Assembly: GCA_014382665.1 (NCBI GenBank)
Contig: JACNJH010000134.1
Location: 21,103 to 85,102, forward strand
Reading direction: 5' to 3'
DNA length: 64,000 nucleotides
Source: Candidatus Desulfatibia profunda
GTDB lineage: Bacteria > Desulfobacterota > Desulfobacteria > Desulfobacterales > UBA11574
The notes beneath the pieces were generated by a model. That model saw only the letters and a list, made by a program, of their open reading frames with translations. It made no database searches and was not told where the DNA came from. Position 1 is the first letter of the stretch; each line of letters starts with the position of its first letter. Position numbers and translations under genes: made by a program. Positions 62,878-64,000 of the stretch are shown piece after piece.

Positions 62878-63066
62878 ATGTGTCAACAAAGAGAAATTCC
62901 AAGATATACGGAAATGGCAGGATGCACCTGCGGCTGTTGCGGGTGCGGTTCGTCGTTTCGCAGTTTTTTTTCTGCCCAAGAGAAACTGGAACGCTTGGAA
63001 GCCTATAGAGAGCAGCTTAAAAAGGAACTGGCCGGAGTGGAGGCATGCATCAAGGAACTTAAATGA
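62878..63066 (+). CDS. 62-aa Cys-Gly-rich mini-protein with a C-terminal coiled coil (DUF5320-like architecture)
   Basis: The ATG follows AAAGGAGGTGAT. Sequence: ...AGCTCGCCGCGSSFRSFFSAQEKLERLEAYREQLKKELAGVEACIKELK. Confidence 0.55.
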   Translation: MCQQREIPRYTEMAGCTCGCCGCGSSFRSFFSAQEKLERLEAYREQLKKELAGVEACIKELK

Positions 63067-63112
63067 CAATAATATTTACATAACTTGCCGGAACCGAAAG
63101 GAGGTGATAAGG

Positions 63113-63223
63113 ATGACCGATAAAAAAGAAAGCCATTGCGGCTGCGGCTGCCTGCCAAAGACCAAAAAGGGCGCCAAAATTCAAAAGCCGGAGGTTAATA
63201 CGTCTGAAAAACCCAAGAGCTGA
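63113..63223 (+). CDS. 36-aa mini-protein with an HCGCGC motif and a basic tail
   Basis: The ATG follows the same AAAGGAGGTGAT RBS block. Sequence: MTDKKESHCGCGCLPKTKKGAKIQKPEVNTSEKPKS. Confidence 0.4.
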   Translation: MTDKKESHCGCGCLPKTKKGAKIQKPEVNTSEKPKS

Positions 63224-63338
63224 CGGCCTCGAAAACCTCGATATTAAAGGGGAGGGGGAGAAGCGTGTTCTTTCCCTCCGCCGTTTTAGCAATTAACAGA
63301 TACAATTGGTTCCAATAAATCCCATGGACAGTCGGGTT

Positions 63339-63986
63339 TCACTCAATCACATTTTCCAGCAAAAGACGGTTCACGATTTCAACCTTTTGCCCGTCGAACC
63401 GTACCATCCCTTCATTTTCAAGGCTATTTGCCGTTCGATAGAATGTCTCATGCGTCATTCCGAGAAGCGTCGCGATGGATTTTCGATGTACCGGGAGTTT
63501 GATAGAAGGGGTGTTCTGTACCTCCGACAGCAGCAGAATGTAGCTCACGATTCGCGCCCTGGGAGATTTTAGGGAAAGCTCTTCGATGCGCTGCCTGAGG
63601 TGGATGATCTCAAGGGAGAGGATATGCATCCACCTGGCAGCAAACCGGATGTCCTTTTGAATCATTTCCAGGAATGCATCTTTTCGTACCAGATAGACCG
63701 TACTGTCCTTCAAAGCTTCCGCATAACAATGGTAAACATCCGAAAAAAGACTCGCCTCCGCAAAGGTGCTTCTGGTTTCGGCAATCTCCAGGGTGATCTC
63801 CTTTCCTCCGGAGGAGACCCTGTAGATACGCACAGCCCCGTCGCGAACCGCATAGAAGCCCTGCGACGCATCCCCGGGAGCAAAAAGGATGGATCCCTTT
63901 TTAACAAGAATTTGCCGGGAAATCCCTTTCAACCGGGTCAAGTGATCGTCAGAAAGACCGGCAAAAAGCGGGAATTTTTTTAGCAT
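63339..63986 (-). CDS. Crp/Fnr-family transcriptional regulator
   Basis: cNMP-binding domain (FPLFAGLSDDHLTRL...GDASQGFYAV) plus a C-terminal HTH (RKSIATLLGMTHETFYRTANSLENEG). Confidence 0.88.
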   Translation of the reverse strand: MLKKFPLFAGLSDDHLTRLKGISRQILVKKGSILFAPGDASQGFYAVRDGAVRIYRVSSGGKEITLEIAETRSTFAEASLFSDVYHCYAEALKDSTVYLVRKDAFLEMIQKDIRFAARWMHILSLEIIHLRQRIEELSLKSPRARIVSYILLLSEVQNTPSIKLPVHRKSIATLLGMTHETFYRTANSLENEGMVRFDGQKVEIVNRLLLENVIE

Positions 63987-64000
63987 ATAGTGTCTCCGCT

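Noticed and set aside
1-64000. A search for mobile elements, prophage genes, rRNA, tRNA and CRISPR arrays.
   Set aside because: I found no integrase, transposase or recombinase-like translation, no cloverleaf-like conserved tRNA boxes in intergenic regions, and no regular repeat-spacer array. Absence cannot be proven by eye.

Overview
This 64-kb window looks chromosomal and comes from what appears to be a sulfate-reducer-type deltaproteobacterium (Desulfobacterota). That assignment is inferred from gene content and a roughly mid-40s GC content. All domain calls below come from reading the supplied translations and from memory of protein families; no searches were run.

Layout:
(1) 1-22.4 kb holds a large flagellar export and basal-body cluster. 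In order: fliL (partial), fliMNOPQR, flhBA, flhFG, fliA, a second FliL-like gene, two small unknowns, a fliK-like gene, a stand-alone FlhB-C-like gene, flgFGAHI, a rod-binding-only FlgJ-like gene, a flgN-like gene, flgKL, csrA-fliW, and an SLT lytic transglycosylase.
(2) 22.5-31.7 kb is an accessory-looking block. It holds an unannotated 48-aa zinc-ribbon ORF, a zinc-ribbon/FapA (DUF342) protein, and an orphan ParA-type ATPase operon with two unknown partners (one acidic-tailed, one with double zinc ribbons and a poly-basic tail). It also holds a divergently transcribed 841-aa protein with a recently duplicated hyper-acidic repeat and a C-terminal FGE/SUMF1 domain, and a metallophosphoesterase.
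(3) 31.9-40.9 kb holds two gene remnants (an internally collapsed PutA and an acyl-CoA dehydrogenase N-terminal stub). These are followed by fadD, a membrane Fe-S oxidoreductase with etfBA, and a fused eukaryote-style hisHF.
(4) 41.0-50.0 kb holds a minus-strand block: a sigma-54 promoter, three genes sharing a TFAEAG(E/Q) motif (two of them USP-like), an SLC13 transporter, a histidine kinase and an NtrC-type activator. A Lon protease that lacks the N-terminal LON domain and carries an inserted receiver domain is transcribed divergently from this block.
(5) 50-64 kb holds citrate synthase, a PAS-GGDEF protein, a sigma-54-driven HDOD/hybrid-kinase operon, an aminotransferase/omega-amidase pair, smr and plsY. 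It ends with an ArsR / frameshifted ACAD / DsrE / TusA / Cys-Gly-Cys mini-protein locus and a Crp/Fnr regulator.

Four perfect TGGCA(C/T)-N5-TTGC sigma-54 elements and two weaker ones sit correctly oriented upstream of operons. A family of hairpin repeats built from 8-nt CACAAAG/CACCAAG units is dispersed in intergenic regions. I recognised no rRNA, tRNA, CRISPR array, transposase or integrase.
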